Positions 37,797-37,938 of a stretch of 37,938 nt of DNA are shown here, one piece after another. Position 1 is the first letter of the stretch, and each line of letters starts with the position of its first letter. Made by a program: the position numbers and the translations under genes. The DNA is from an uncultured Ruficoccus sp. (GTDB lineage Bacteria > Verrucomicrobiota > Verrucomicrobiia > Opitutales > Cerasicoccaceae): contig OZ223493.1 of NCBI GenBank assembly GCA_965140785.1, forward strand, positions 1 to 37,938, in the 5' to 3' direction. The notes below the pieces were generated by a model. The model did not search any database, was not told where the DNA came from, and saw nothing but the letters and a program-made list of their open reading frames with translations.

Positions 37797-37938
37797 GAAA
37801 GAGTCGTCAAGGCGCTGAACCAGGCCCCGGTAAACGTGTTGAGATCGGTGGCCGACCTCTGGATAAAACGCCGGGCGAAGTTTTTAAGAAAATCCCGTTT
37901 GCCCGCGTCCGTGAGGTACTCGACGGGACTTTTACCAT
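37793..37938 (-). CDS. 3' end of an unidentified gene coupled to the enolase-like gene
   Basis: Open frame ...GKSPVEYLTDAGKRDFLKNFARRFIQRSATDLNTFTGAWFSALTTLS* whose TGA overlaps the enolase ATG (ATGA). Confidence 0.55.
   Translation of the reverse strand, partial: GKSPVEYLTDAGKRDFLKNFARRFIQRSATDLNTFTGAWFSALTTLS

Overview
High-GC bacterial chromosomal segment; the gene style suggests Verrucomicrobiota/Opitutales (inference). (1) 1-11971: distal half of a nitrogen-fixation cluster: nifE (partial), nifN, nifB, [2Fe-2S] ferredoxin, TOBE/Mop protein, nifV, an unknown ORF coupled to nifV, a flavodoxin, nifJ, draT and a DraG-like ADP-ribosylglycohydrolase. (2) 12097-18310: a compact ~6.2 kb integrated element bounded by a 40-bp direct repeat that is the 5' half of tRNA-Ile2(CAT). 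It encodes a tyrosine integrase, an excisionase-like HTH protein, an HUH rolling-circle Rep with a candidate origin, an AbrB/PIN toxin-antitoxin pair, and an AT-rich cargo of an unannotated 43-aa basic peptide plus an NDT/TIR-like protein followed by an attC-like site. Six GGGTTACAAA-type arm repeats mark its ends. (3) 18473-37938: MgtC, a six-hairpin-glycosidase-like protein with a GT4 transferase, a FucP-type transporter, glpF-glpK-glpD with a divergent DeoR regulator, three prepilin-like genes, a GH74-like protein, a sulfatase and an enolase paralogue with altered active-site motifs. Several single-base insertions (nifE, nifN, flavodoxin, glycosidase, tRNA T-loop) look like sequencing errors. 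All family calls come from motif recognition by eye; no searches were run.
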